Shown: positions 35,456-45,081, numbered from the stretch's first letter. The stretch: DNA of 64,000 nucleotides from a virus (IMGVR_UViG_3300012983_000003:1-64000); one strand, 5' to 3'. The notes: a model not told the origin generated them from the letters alone. Made by a program: numbers and translations.

Positions 35456-35874
35456 TTTACACAAGCTATTTTGCAAAATTGAAAAGTTTGCCAAGTAATG
35501 TCATTCCTATATCAATTTGCGGCAAAGCGCCTGTTTGGTACACGGGTATTCAATATCGTAAGCTTGCTCCTAAATACGATTTCTTTATGAAATGGAAGGA
35601 AACTCACGATAACGATTATTATATCGAACACTTCCAAAAAGAAGTGTTAGATAGTCTCGAAATTATAAGAGTATTGCACGAGTTACACGGTTTACTTCCA
35701 GAAGAAGTGAAAATTCAAATTCAATCTTCTGTGTGGAGCAACACCGATTGGCACATTGCGTTGATTTGTTATGAAAAACCAAGTGATTTTTGCCATAGAC
35801 ATCTCGTTGCTAACTGGTTAAATAAACACGGTATTAAAGTTGAAGAATTCGGAGGTGATTTAGTTGGATATTAA
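35452..35874 (+). CDS. DUF488-family protein
   Basis: MIYTSYFAKL... and SDFCHRHLVANWL resemble DUF488. Confidence 0.5.
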   Translation: MIYTSYFAKLKSLPSNVIPISICGKAPVWYTGIQYRKLAPKYDFFMKWKETHDNDYYIEHFQKEVLDSLEIIRVLHELHGLLPEEVKIQIQSSVWSNTDWHIALICYEKPSDFCHRHLVANWLNKHGIKVEEFGGDLVGY

Positions 35875-36172
35875 ATTTTATATGCCTAAACACGAAACAA
35901 TCCCAACTCAATTAAGGGTTAAGGTCGATGATAAATACGATGTGTATTATGATAAATCTCCCGAGGGATTTGCGTATGACTTTCGTTTCTTTAATGACGC
36001 CAAAGAACATTATGAGGCAATATTAGACGCTATTGTTTCAAGAATGTGTAGCCAGAGTTACGACCACGGTGCTTCGTGGCGAGAAACAAAGCGAGAAATC
36101 ATTAAACCCACCGAAGAATGGTGGGATGACCTTGTTGTCAGGGTGTATTTCAGAGTGAGGGATGCTGGATGA
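35864..36172 (+). CDS. Hypothetical protein
   Basis: ORF. Confidence 0.4.
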   Translation: MDIKFYMPKHETIPTQLRVKVDDKYDVYYDKSPEGFAYDFRFFNDAKEHYEAILDAIVSRMCSQSYDHGASWRETKREIIKPTEEWWDDLVVRVYFRVRDAG

Positions 36173-36519
36173 CACAATATTATTATAACGATAGCAGGTT
36201 TCGTACTTATGAGACGACTACATACACCGGCACAACTACTTGGACAATATCTCCGTGTCCTCCTCGTAAAAGTAAGAAACCTAATGATGATTTTCCTGAA
36301 GAAAATGCAAAACTTGATAGTTTTTTAAAAACATTTGCAAAGGAGTAGTCGGTATGCCGTGTGATAAACAACAAGCTAAATATAATCCTGTAGCAAAAGC
36401 TTATGATATTTTGTATAAGGTTTTCTCGAATGAAAACGCAGGCTGGGATGAAGCTTCGATAGCGATAGAAGAAGCCATTGGTTTCTTGGGTGAAGCGTTA
36501 GCGGAATAGAGGTGTTGGT

Positions 36520-36948
36520 ATGAAAGACGAAAACTTAGATTACTGTAAACATATTCGTAGTGAACTTGAAAAGTATTACAACGGCGAGGTTTACAGATGC
36601 CCAGAGTGTGATGAACTCATACATATACCTGATGTGGACGAACTCGAAGAAACCGATGAGGGTTTCGTGCTTCCCTGCGGATGCAAGATTGATGACCCTG
36701 ATGATTTAGAGCAGATGTCTCTATACGATTACTTCGATGAAGTCTTTGATACTATCTACTATATAGGTAGTGATAAGGAAATTCGTGGCGTAAGATTGAT
36801 GGTCGCCTGTGGGGGACCGAATGTATATATCGACACATTCCGAAAGACCGTCGAACTGTATTGGTGGACAGAACACGCAACGGTTGATTTGCATAACGAC
36901 TTATGCGAGGAAATCACCGAACAATTTGCACAAATTTATGCGTGTTAG
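36520..36948 (+). CDS. Hypothetical protein with zinc ribbon
   Basis: CPECDE...CGC. Confidence 0.4.
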   Translation: MKDENLDYCKHIRSELEKYYNGEVYRCPECDELIHIPDVDELEETDEGFVLPCGCKIDDPDDLEQMSLYDYFDEVFDTIYYIGSDKEIRGVRLMVACGGPNVYIDTFRKTVELYWWTEHATVDLHNDLCEEITEQFAQIYAC

Positions 36949-36996
36949 CCGGTGTAGAGATTTGAGGCTTTTTACTTTATAGATTTGAGGTGCAAT

Positions 36997-37308
36997 ATGG
37001 ACGGATTTATTGGAAAATTCAAAGGTATCCCAGTGGTCGCCGCGAATGACGATGATTTTGGGTGTGTCTTGAATTGTGCTGTGCGATATTCGCTCGGTAG
37101 ACAAACTTATATGCCACATACGGTAATGAGTTACATCAAACCGTTACTACCTCATCTTACCAAACGAACTCTGGTTTGTATGGAACGCGACATTCGTGAG
37201 GCTGAGAGTTTCGGCGTAGGATACGGTAGCGAAACCATTGACAAACCAGCGTGGTTAAACTTCCTACAGGAAGTACAAAATGAACTGTCACGAAGGGAGA
37301 ATACATAA
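36997..37308 (+). CDS. Hypothetical protein
   Basis: ORF; GAGGTG RBS. Confidence 0.4.
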   Translation: MDGFIGKFKGIPVVAANDDDFGCVLNCAVRYSLGRQTYMPHTVMSYIKPLLPHLTKRTLVCMERDIREAESFGVGYGSETIDKPAWLNFLQEVQNELSRRENT

Positions 37309-37559
37309 TGCCTATTGAATATCAGAATTTAGTTTACGCAATTTTTCAGAGAGCTTTCGATGATTACAACCACTTACGAAAACTCGGTGTAACAAGGAAC
37401 TGGATTAAAGATGAGGGTAAATACTCTATCAAAGAAATCCGCGATTTTCTCCGTAGTGATTGGTGTAAAGCTCTTCTCAAAGGTATCGGAGCAGATATGA
37501 CCGGAGAGGAACTAATTACACAGTTAAAAATTAAAAATGGCGAGTGGGTTGCGTCGTGA
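37308..37559 (+). CDS. Hypothetical protein
   Basis: ORF. Confidence 0.4.
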   Translation: MPIEYQNLVYAIFQRAFDDYNHLRKLGVTRNWIKDEGKYSIKEIRDFLRSDWCKALLKGIGADMTGEELITQLKIKNGEWVAS

Positions 37560-38113
37560 GTGAAACTATCCAAAAGAATAAGGCACTGATAGAACGCTAC
37601 CCGTTTCTCCTACCTCGTAATCGATGGACTGGCGAGGTCTCCAAAGATTACGATTATCATTATACAGAACTCGATGCTATGCCAGAGGGCTGGCGTATTG
37701 CGTTCGGTGAACAAATGTGTGAGGAAATCCGCGAAGAGTTAATCAGAGTGGATTATCTCGATAAATACAGAATTTCACAGATTAAAGAGAAGTACGGTTC
37801 TTTATGTTGGTACGATTTCGGAGCAACAGAAAAAATACTTAGAGAGATTATTCCTAAGTATTCCAAACTCTCAGCTCATACCTGTATTAAATGCGGCAAA
37901 CCTGCAACGAAGATTTCTTTGGGTTGGATTTCTCCTTGGTGCGATGAATGTGCTGATAACATTAAACAACACGAGCATTTTGAGAGTGTGGAAACCTACT
38001 TCAAAACCTGTGAAGACTGTGCTTACTACGACACCGATGAGGATGATATACCTTGTTGTGGTTGTGTAGATAAGATTAACTTTGAACCAATGGAGGTACA
38101 AAATGATGAGTAG
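37557..38113 (+). CDS. Hypothetical Cys-rich (zinc-binding) protein
   Basis: CIKCGK...CDEC...CEDC..CCGC. Confidence 0.4.
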
Positions 38114-38369
38114 CAGTGTGAGTTTAATTAACGGTCATATTGACACTCACCATATTGACTTATGGGTTGAGGGTTATCAATGCACAGGTAATTCAAGTAC
38201 GGCATCTTATTTAGGAACATACGAAGCTGGTAATCTGCGCGAGGCTGTTCAACAATGGGTTGCCGAAAATCCAAAAGAGCGAGAACAGTATGTAGATATC
38301 TTGCGATTAACATATTGGGGCTGTAAATTCTACGACAACGAATATGATGCAAGACGAAGCTTCGGATAG
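38103..38369 (+). CDS. Hypothetical protein
   Basis: ORF; GGAGGT RBS. Confidence 0.4.
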   Translation: MMSSSVSLINGHIDTHHIDLWVEGYQCTGNSSTASYLGTYEAGNLREAVQQWVAENPKEREQYVDILRLTYWGCKFYDNEYDARRSFG

Positions 38370-38381
38370 AGAGGTGGTTTA

Positions 38382-38687
38382 ATGAGTAGGTTCTCTGGTA
38401 AATGCGATTTCTGTGACGAAATAGAAATCTTTGGGTTGGATAAAGTTTTAAAGAGCGAGGTTTATGTGGGAGATAGTGACGAACCTCTTAAACTTACTTG
38501 TTTGGCTGACTGTGTTCCATATTATCCTTATGTCGTTGTGACATCTGCTACCTCAGGAGACCGAGCAACTATTCGCCTGACATCAAAATCGTGGGTGGAT
38601 ATCGAGGAAGACCGATACGGTCATTTCGCATCTCACGATTATTACCGCAAAATACTACAAGAAGAAATACAAAACTGTTCTTGTTGA
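38382..38687 (+). CDS. Hypothetical protein
   Basis: ORF. Confidence 0.4.
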   Translation: MSRFSGKCDFCDEIEIFGLDKVLKSEVYVGDSDEPLKLTCLADCVPYYPYVVVTSATSGDRATIRLTSKSWVDIEEDRYGHFASHDYYRKILQEEIQNCSC

Positions 38688-38783
38688 AAAAATAGGTGCC
38701 GATTTTCCTTTGTGTCACAACGGTTAATCGGGTACTTGATGAAATACTATAGTGATAGTATCTTTCGCGAAGGAGTGAAGCAA

Positions 38784-39968
38784 ATGATTTATCTCGATAA
38801 TGCTGCGACTACACAAATCGCACCCGAGGTTCTTGAGGCGATGATGCCTTACCTTACAGACGAGTTCGGAAATGCGGGTTCTTTGTACGCTCTCGGAAGA
38901 CGAGCAGCAGAAGCAGTTGCGACTGCGAGAAAGCAAGTTGCTGATTGTATCGGCGCACAGCCCGAACAAATCATCTTTACTTCTGGAGGGACTGAGGCAA
39001 ATAATCTTGTGTTCAAAGGTTTGGCTCCTTACTTAAAAGCGAACAACAAAACGCACTTAATTACTTCTAAAGTTGAACACGACTCCGTGTTGAATACGGT
39101 TCAAGAAATGAATATAAAACACGAATTTGATGTATCGTATTTAGAAGTAGCATCCGATGGTAGTGTTCCATTTGGTTTAGCAGAAACATTAAGCCAAACT
39201 ATTAACGAGAACACAGGACTTGTATCTTTGATGTATGTGAATAACGAACTCGGCTCCACAACTCATATTGATAAGGTTGCTGAGATATGTCATAGGTACG
39301 GCGTGTTATTACACACCGATTGTGTTCAAGCACTCGGCACAGTTAAAATTGATGTCGAAGAACTTGGGTGTGATTTCCTGTCAATTTCATCTCATAAAAT
39401 ACACGGTGCCAAAGGCGTAGGTGCTTTATATGTGAGAGATAGTTCTCTGCTTAATTCGCTGATTACCGGTGGCGCTGAACAAGAATTTGGTTTGCGCGGT
39501 GGTACAGCAAATGTGGCAGGAATTGTTGGGTTCGGGAAAGCTTGTGAGTTAATCCAAAACAATCAGAAAGAAATTCACGATAAAGTTTCTTATCTCAGGA
39601 CTTTATTTTACTATGTACTGTTGGGGACACTTAGCACAGAATACGGTTTAACGGACGCGATTTCTCCCAATGTTTCTCATTACGACCGTACAGGTAAGAT
39701 TTTAAGTTTACGAGTAAATGGAGTCGATGCACAAACTCTTGTGTTATATCTTGACACAAAAGGGGTTTGTGTCTCTGCCGGTTCTGCGTGTAGAAGTCAC
39801 GAGTCCGAACCAAGCAGAACGCTTCTTGCTATTGGCTTAAGTCCAGAAGCAGCTCGAAGTACCATACGGGTTTCTTTCTCACATTATCTAACAGACGAAC
39901 AGATTTTTGATGCTGCAAAGATTATGGCATCAGCGATTAAGGTGTTAAGTGGTGAGCAAAATGAGTAA
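38784..39968 (+). CDS. Cysteine desulfurase (NifS/IscS-like, class V aminotransferase)
   Basis: MIYLDNAATT..., SSHKIHGAKGVGALY (PLP Lys), SAGSAC active-site Cys region. Confidence 0.8.
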   Translation: MIYLDNAATTQIAPEVLEAMMPYLTDEFGNAGSLYALGRRAAEAVATARKQVADCIGAQPEQIIFTSGGTEANNLVFKGLAPYLKANNKTHLITSKVEHDSVLNTVQEMNIKHEFDVSYLEVASDGSVPFGLAETLSQTINENTGLVSLMYVNNELGSTTHIDKVAEICHRYGVLLHTDCVQALGTVKIDVEELGCDFLSISSHKIHGAKGVGALYVRDSSLLNSLITGGAEQEFGLRGGTANVAGIVGFGKACELIQNNQKEIHDKVSYLRTLFYYVLLGTLSTEYGLTDAISPNVSHYDRTGKILSLRVNGVDAQTLVLYLDTKGVCVSAGSACRSHESEPSRTLLAIGLSPEAARSTIRVSFSHYLTDEQIFDAAKIMASAIKVLSGEQNE

Positions 39969-40176
39969 ACCAAAGTATCCACGAGGTGAAACTGTTTGGA
40001 CGAGTTATTATACATCTTCTGGTGAGTTGATGTTTATTTTAACCGCCAAACCCCAACGAGACGCTTACTATCTTTACGAACTTAGAGACGGTGAGTTTCA
40101 AAAGTTGGGTCGCTCAAAATCTCCTCTCGAACTTGAGGAGAAGTTTGATGTTCATACAAAACTAAAACAAAAATAA
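39961..40176 (+). CDS. Hypothetical small protein
   Basis: ORF. Confidence 0.35.
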   Translation: MSKPKYPRGETVWTSYYTSSGELMFILTAKPQRDAYYLYELRDGEFQKLGRSKSPLELEEKFDVHTKLKQK

Positions 40177-40245
40177 TAACCACTCCTTGTAAAGAAGCGG
40201 TTTTTATGATATAATACATTATTAACGAAAGGCTTGGGTGAATAA

Positions 40246-40641
40246 ATGTCTAAAGAGTTTAATTTTGACGAAGAGTTTACTACCGACGAAGAAGTAGAAG
40301 CAATGCTTGACACCGTTGTAACTACTGTGGGTAACGAAGCGGTCATCGAGGATAATCGCACCGCAGTTATCAATCCTTATAAAATCCAGCAGGTGTTATA
40401 TACTTACAAGGTTTTGAAGTATTTAACCAAAGGAACAGATGCAAAGGTTTCTTATGAGTTACATAGCCCGTTCAAGAGTATGGGTAGCGTAACTATCACC
40501 GGCAAGAACTTAATTTTCAGAAAGACCGAATGGTTTATGAAAGCAGTTGAGCTTTCCGCAAACTTTGAGGTTTATCCCAAGACTAACGGCACCGTAGAAA
40601 TGAACTTTACATTCCACGGTTTAACAAAACCTATTGATTAA
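40246..40641 (+). CDS. Hypothetical protein
   Basis: ORF. Confidence 0.4.
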   Translation: MSKEFNFDEEFTTDEEVEAMLDTVVTTVGNEAVIEDNRTAVINPYKIQQVLYTYKVLKYLTKGTDAKVSYELHSPFKSMGSVTITGKNLIFRKTEWFMKAVELSANFEVYPKTNGTVEMNFTFHGLTKPID

Positions 40642-40655
40642 GAGGAGTGATAACT

Positions 40656-41009
40656 ATGAGTAGTTTTGTAAAATGCTTCGATGCAGTATCTATGGTTGTT
40701 GAAGAAGCAACCAACCAGTTCTCTCCGCTTTGGAAACTCGATAAAGAGAAGTATCGTATCCTTGAACAGTATTGTCAGGTAATCGACGGTTTATCCGACG
40801 AGTTCGACGGTATTTCTTACGATGTTGAGGTTGATGATATCGCAATGACAATCGCAGTAACACTGGAATGTCAGGATATCAATATCCAGCAGCAGTCTCA
40901 TAAGTATTATGCGTTAGCGCAGAGAGCCATCACATTTGGTTTCTCTACTTCTGAAGACGGTAATCTCAATGTGAAGTTCGTGTTCCCGAGTGTGTGGAAC
41001 AAAGTGTAA
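40656..41009 (+). CDS. Hypothetical protein
   Basis: ORF; AGAGGAG RBS. Confidence 0.4.
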   Translation: MSSFVKCFDAVSMVVEEATNQFSPLWKLDKEKYRILEQYCQVIDGLSDEFDGISYDVEVDDIAMTIAVTLECQDINIQQQSHKYYALAQRAITFGFSTSEDGNLNVKFVFPSVWNKV

Positions 41010-41022
41010 GAGGTGTTTCTGA

Positions 41023-41253
41023 GTGAATAATCAGAAGCGCGAGAAACTGAAGTTAGCACGAGGTTTTTTAAGTAAGGCTTCCGATATCGTTTCGAGTGTT
41101 CTCGATGACGAACAGGACTGTCTTGATAATATGCCTGATAACTTACAGTATAGTGATAGGTATGAAAGGATGGAAGCGGCAATTAGCAAACTCGAGGATG
41201 GCTTAAATAATATTGAAGCCGCCGAGGAGTGCTTAGAAGAAGCCGCGGAGTAA
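41023..41253 (+). CDS. Hypothetical small protein (GTG start)
   Basis: ORF. Confidence 0.35.
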   Translation: MNNQKREKLKLARGFLSKASDIVSSVLDDEQDCLDNMPDNLQYSDRYERMEAAISKLEDGLNNIEAAEECLEEAAE

Positions 41254-41256
41254 TCT

Positions 41257-41928
41257 ATGTTTGAATTTTTTATAGCCTTGTTTGGTGGCTTGTTCTGGGG
41301 TGGAAAATTATCTAACGAAAAATCTGCCGCTAAAAAAGCAGACCAAGACCATCAGCATAGAATGGATACCTACTTTTCTCGCAAAAACAATTTTGAGAGA
41401 AAGGTTTTAGACAGAGAGCTCGAGGCTGATTTAGAAGACCTTATTTATGATACTTCTAATTATGATAAGGTTTGGGCTGAGGTTTCTAAGGCGTTCGATG
41501 AAATGCCGTGGAAGCCAGAAGACGAGAAGTTCATTTGTATTTGTCCAGAAGCAGTGGATGCTGTGTTCGGAAAAGGTACTTACACTAAGAAACAAAAGGA
41601 ACAAATCGCAGCCAACTATCGCAAAGAAGCTCTTAGAATAATGATGGCTAATCGTGGTAAACTCACTCATAATGATGTGTGTGTTGGTTTTTACTCAATC
41701 GGTCAAGGTGCACCGACCGTTAGAATGGGTGAAAAATGGAACGCCGAGTCCGCAAACTTTGTGTTATGGATAAACTCAAAGCTCAAAGAACACGGCGTCG
41801 ATGAAAATGTTTACATTTGCACATCACATAATGAATACTGGGCTATCAACGAAAGAACCAAAAGTTATTCTGGTAAATATGTTTGGTTTCCAGAGATATT
41901 GCCAAGCGGGGCTACAATTCATTCATAA
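41257..41928 (+). CDS. Hypothetical protein
   Basis: ORF. Confidence 0.4.
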   Translation: MFEFFIALFGGLFWGGKLSNEKSAAKKADQDHQHRMDTYFSRKNNFERKVLDRELEADLEDLIYDTSNYDKVWAEVSKAFDEMPWKPEDEKFICICPEAVDAVFGKGTYTKKQKEQIAANYRKEALRIMMANRGKLTHNDVCVGFYSIGQGAPTVRMGEKWNAESANFVLWINSKLKEHGVDENVYICTSHNEYWAINERTKSYSGKYVWFPEILPSGATIHS

Positions 41929-42713
41929 ATATAACTCGGTAAATCAATTTTGCAATCCAACAATACTTTACCATAACACCTTACCGATGCCTCGCTGTCT
42001 GCTCCAATAAAGACATTGGTATTTCTAAGTCTTGGGTTTGCAGACACGAGGATGAGGTTTCTGTCCTCATCAACGAAATATTGCTTACAATACATAGCGC
42101 CATCAACACAGAATATACCGACATCTCCTATGGATAGTTCGCAATCTTTCTTTACATACACGGTATCTCCGTCTTTAATGTACGGATACATACTATTACC
42201 TTGAATACCAACCGCAAAATCCGCATCGGTTGGAACATTATCATCAACCAGTATCATCTCAAAGTCATCTCCGTCAAGCGGTACAGAGTAACCGGCAGCG
42301 GACGGAGTGGTATATCTCGGTATATATCTGCTGGGTTTTGTCTCGAACGAAATAATCTCTGCTTTCGGTTTAGGTTTCCTTTCCGCCTCAACACGAGATT
42401 TTTCAAGCACACATAGAGTATCTACCGCCTTTCGACCGTATTTATCTAACACTCTATAGTTTGACAGCAAGGTTATTTCTTGCTGATTTAATAAGAGATT
42501 ATCCTTTTCGGGTTCGATACTTACTCCAAGCAAATAATCGGTGGTTACATTAAAGACCTTAGCCATTGATACAATGGCGAGCATTGAGGGGTTTTTAATT
42601 CCTGTTTCCCAGTTTCTAATACTTACTTCCGAGACCTTGAGATAAGTACCAAGTTCTTTCTGTGTCATAGAGTTTTTCATTCTCAGTGACTTAATTCTAT
42701 CGCAGAGTTCCAT
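41919..42713 (-). CDS. CI/LexA-like repressor: N-terminal XRE-type HTH plus C-terminal S24 peptidase domain (probable start at internal Met, GGAGGG RBS)
   Basis: MTQKELGTYLKVSEVSIRNWETG HTH; S24-like GDVGIFCVDGAMYCKQ...; only minus-strand gene. Confidence 0.75.
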   Translation of the reverse strand: MELCDRIKSLRMKNSMTQKELGTYLKVSEVSIRNWETGIKNPSMLAIVSMAKVFNVTTDYLLGVSIEPEKDNLLLNQQEITLLSNYRVLDKYGRKAVDTLCVLEKSRVEAERKPKPKAEIISFETKPSRYIPRYTTPSAAGYSVPLDGDDFEMILVDDNVPTDADFAVGIQGNSMYPYIKDGDTVYVKKDCELSIGDVGIFCVDGAMYCKQYFVDEDRNLILVSANPRLRNTNVFIGADSEASVRCYGKVLLDCKIDLPSYIYE

Positions 42714-42744
42714 AATTGCCCTCCATAAAAATTTCTCTTTGGGT

Positions 42745-42780
42745 GTTGACATCTGAGGAGTTTTATGTTACCATTAGACC
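42745..42780 (+). promoter_or_regulatory. Candidate rightward promoter (TTGACA - 17 - TACCAT)
   Basis: -35 match at 42745-42750. Confidence 0.35.
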
Positions 42781-42795
42781 ACAACAAAAGTTTCT

Positions 42796-42841
42796 ATTCG
42801 TATTATAACCGATACAAAAGTATTTGTCAAGCGATACGAAT
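42796..42841 (-). promoter_or_regulatory. Consensus sigma-A-type promoter for the repressor (TTGACA - 17 nt - TATAAT on minus strand) flanked by inverted repeat ttcgtat/atacgaa (operator candidate)
   Basis: RC of 42802-42830 reads ttgacaaatacttttgtatcggttataat. Confidence 0.55.
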
Positions 42842-43053
42842 AAAAAAGACGACCCACCCAACCACAGATGAGTCGTCCGCCCACAGAACAACCACTCTGT
42901 GAGCTAATTGAAAGCCTGTATATCCAACCTCTAATGACACACGGATTGGATACACAACACTACAAACGGAGCCGACGGTACAACCACGAACCATCAACCC
43001 CGCTTGTAGTATATCACAAAGATTTCAAAAAATCAATGGAGGATACTACAAAA

Positions 43054-43371
43054 ATGAAGTTTTTATCTGTCGGTGAGTTTAAAGGTTTATGTAATAAACT
43101 TTCTCCCAATGAATTTGTTATCACATCCGATAACCAAATGGATGTTTCAGAGTGTGGAATGAAGTACAGTATTGTGTTTAATTCCATAGCAATTCACACA
43201 AATCCGAGTTCTATCTTTTTGAAAAGCCAAAATGGTTCATACATAAAACTTGACCGAGTTAAGCACATTAAAAAGTGCGAAGACTCGTTGTTAGGCAAGG
43301 TATTTGATATAATTTGTGGTGGTTTTACTGACTTAGATAAGGAATTTTCATACACAATGATTGTTCGCTAA
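43054..43371 (+). CDS. Hypothetical protein (first rightward gene of the switch region; upstream extension to 42868 unlikely)
   Basis: ORF; no HTH recognised. Confidence 0.4.
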   Translation: MKFLSVGEFKGLCNKLSPNEFVITSDNQMDVSECGMKYSIVFNSIAIHTNPSSIFLKSQNGSYIKLDRVKHIKKCEDSLLGKVFDIICGGFTDLDKEFSYTMIVR

Positions 43372-43406
43372 ATGTAAATTTTTTGTGAACAGATTATATA
43401 ATTACC

Positions 43407-43436
43407 TTGACAAACGCATATAGTGTGTGTTATACT
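43407..43436 (+). promoter_or_regulatory. Strong promoter TTGACA - 18 nt - TATACT immediately upstream of the MazF-like gene
   Basis: cttgacaaacgcatatagtgtgtgttatact. Confidence 0.55.
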
Positions 43437-43481
43437 GTCGTCGTAAGATAAATTACGGCGAAAGGAAATTTAATACACTTA

Positions 43482-43910
43482 ATGCTTTGTAAAGACGAAA
43501 GAACACCTAAAATCGGTGATGTTTATTTGATGAATTTTGGTGGCTGCGGTAACGAACAGCACGGTTGGAGACCCGGATTGGTATTTCAGAACAATCTGGG
43601 AAATCGTCATAGCCCTAATATTATAGCCCTACCTCTCACCAGTTCTTTGAAGAAATGTAATCAGCCTACTCACGTGGTTTTACCCGCAGACGATACAGGT
43701 CTCGCCAGAGATAGTATGGTTTTGTGCGAAAATCCCGAGAGAATGTCTAAGGAAAGAATGGGTAATTACCTTACTTCTATTCCAGAAGAATATATGGCTA
43801 AGATTGCAGTTGCAAATCTCCTCGCTACCTCTGCGATTTCTTTCGTAGAGCCTGATTTACTTATGTCTATATGGTTGGAAGCCACCTCATTAAATGCGGC
43901 TATTGCCTGA
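43482..43910 (+). CDS. MazF/PemK-family mRNA interferase-like toxin
   Basis: GDVYLMNFGG...GWRPGLVFQNN...RHSPNIIALPLTS matches the PemK/MazF fold signature. Confidence 0.7.
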   Translation: MLCKDERTPKIGDVYLMNFGGCGNEQHGWRPGLVFQNNLGNRHSPNIIALPLTSSLKKCNQPTHVVLPADDTGLARDSMVLCENPERMSKERMGNYLTSIPEEYMAKIAVANLLATSAISFVEPDLLMSIWLEATSLNAAIA

Positions 43911-43932
43911 TACATAACAAGGAGGTTTTCTT

Positions 43933-44892
43933 ATGTATAACGAGGAACTTAAAACTAAATTTACAAGAAGCTATACACAGAGTCCGAGTATGGCTAAGCT
44001 TTGTGCGACCATTTTTAATAAGGTCGGACAGTATGAGGAGAAATGGGGCGCGGATGTTTGCACCAGAACCGCAGAAGAACTGCAACCTATGATTGATAGT
44101 ATTGTCGGGTTTAGGTCGCGCAGTAAATGGTCTACTTTAATTATCTTGAAAGACTATGTTAAGTGGTGTCTTGGCACCAGTGTACCTAATGCTTGTGACG
44201 GTATGCTTAAAATCAACACAGTCGGTCTGGATAATGTCAGGACGCAGATGGTTTCTATTCCAAAACATCTGCAAAAATATCTTGATGAGATTTATGACCC
44301 CGAAAGTGACCAATCTACAGATAATATTTACAGGTGTTTCTTCTGGTTGGCGTATAGCGGTATGAAAGAAGAGGAAATTTTAGAAGTTAAGTGTGATGAG
44401 GTTGATTTAACCACACTAACAATTTCGCATAATGGTAACGATTATGAAATTCATCGTGAGGCTATTCCCGCCTTTAGAAATTGCGTTGAATTAAGTAGTT
44501 TCGTATTTAACCACCCACTCTACTCCGCCAGCCACACGGTTTGGAAGCCAAGAGCTGATGGCGACACGCTTGTTAGAGGTATTCGTTCGGTTTCTTCCCT
44601 CAAAGCTATGCGAATGACTCTATCCAGAAAAGCAAAGGAAGCAATCGACGATGGTAAAACCACTCAGAGATTGAGCTATTACAGGGTTTATCTCTCTGGA
44701 TTGTTTTATAGAATGTACGAACGAGAAAAGAGTGGCGAACCAGTTGATTTTTCAGACGATGCCTTAAAATTTATGGAAGGTCGCGAATATCAATTCGAGA
44801 AAGGCTGTAAAAACGAGGCTATCAAACGGCGTGAAATCGCTAAGGACTACTTAGAGGATTATCAACGCTGGAAACTTGCATTTTTCTTATAA
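43933..44892 (+). CDS. Tyrosine-recombinase-like (integrase-like) protein with SAM-like N-domain; catalytic Arg/His/Tyr not clearly conserved
   Basis: N-terminal integrase SAM-like pattern; box-I-like RCFFWLAYSGMKEEEILEVKCDEVDL with K in place of R. Confidence 0.45.
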   Translation: MYNEELKTKFTRSYTQSPSMAKLCATIFNKVGQYEEKWGADVCTRTAEELQPMIDSIVGFRSRSKWSTLIILKDYVKWCLGTSVPNACDGMLKINTVGLDNVRTQMVSIPKHLQKYLDEIYDPESDQSTDNIYRCFFWLAYSGMKEEEILEVKCDEVDLTTLTISHNGNDYEIHREAIPAFRNCVELSSFVFNHPLYSASHTVWKPRADGDTLVRGIRSVSSLKAMRMTLSRKAKEAIDDGKTTQRLSYYRVYLSGLFYRMYEREKSGEPVDFSDDALKFMEGREYQFEKGCKNEAIKRREIAKDYLEDYQRWKLAFFL

Positions 44893-44904
44893 AAATAAGA
44901 GATT

Positions 44905-44928
44905 GCCTGCCGGAGCAGGCTTCTCATT
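44905..44928 (+). terminator. Terminator gcctgc-cgga-gcaggc + ttctcatt
   Basis: Perfect stem plus T-rich tail. Confidence 0.55.
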
Positions 44929-44967
44929 ACATAAGTCAAGATAATTATATAATCTGTTTTAATATAT

Positions 44968-45042
44968 TGAGGTGTAGCCAAGTGGTAAGGCACGGGACTT
45001 TGACTCCCGCATCCGCTGGTTCGAGTCCAGCCGCCTCAGCCA
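44968..45042 (+). tRNA. tRNA-Gln (anticodon TTG), CCA encoded
   Basis: Anticodon arm cggga-ctttgac-tcccg, T-arm gctgg-ttcgagt-ccagc. Confidence 0.75.
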
Positions 45043-45081
45043 AGGCGAAAGCCTATTCAAATCTTGCGAAAGGAGGAAAAT

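Noticed and set aside
43933-44892. Calling the 319-aa protein a fully functional integrase
   Set aside because: The conserved R...HxxR...Y catalytic set is not evident by eye; kept as recombinase-like only.
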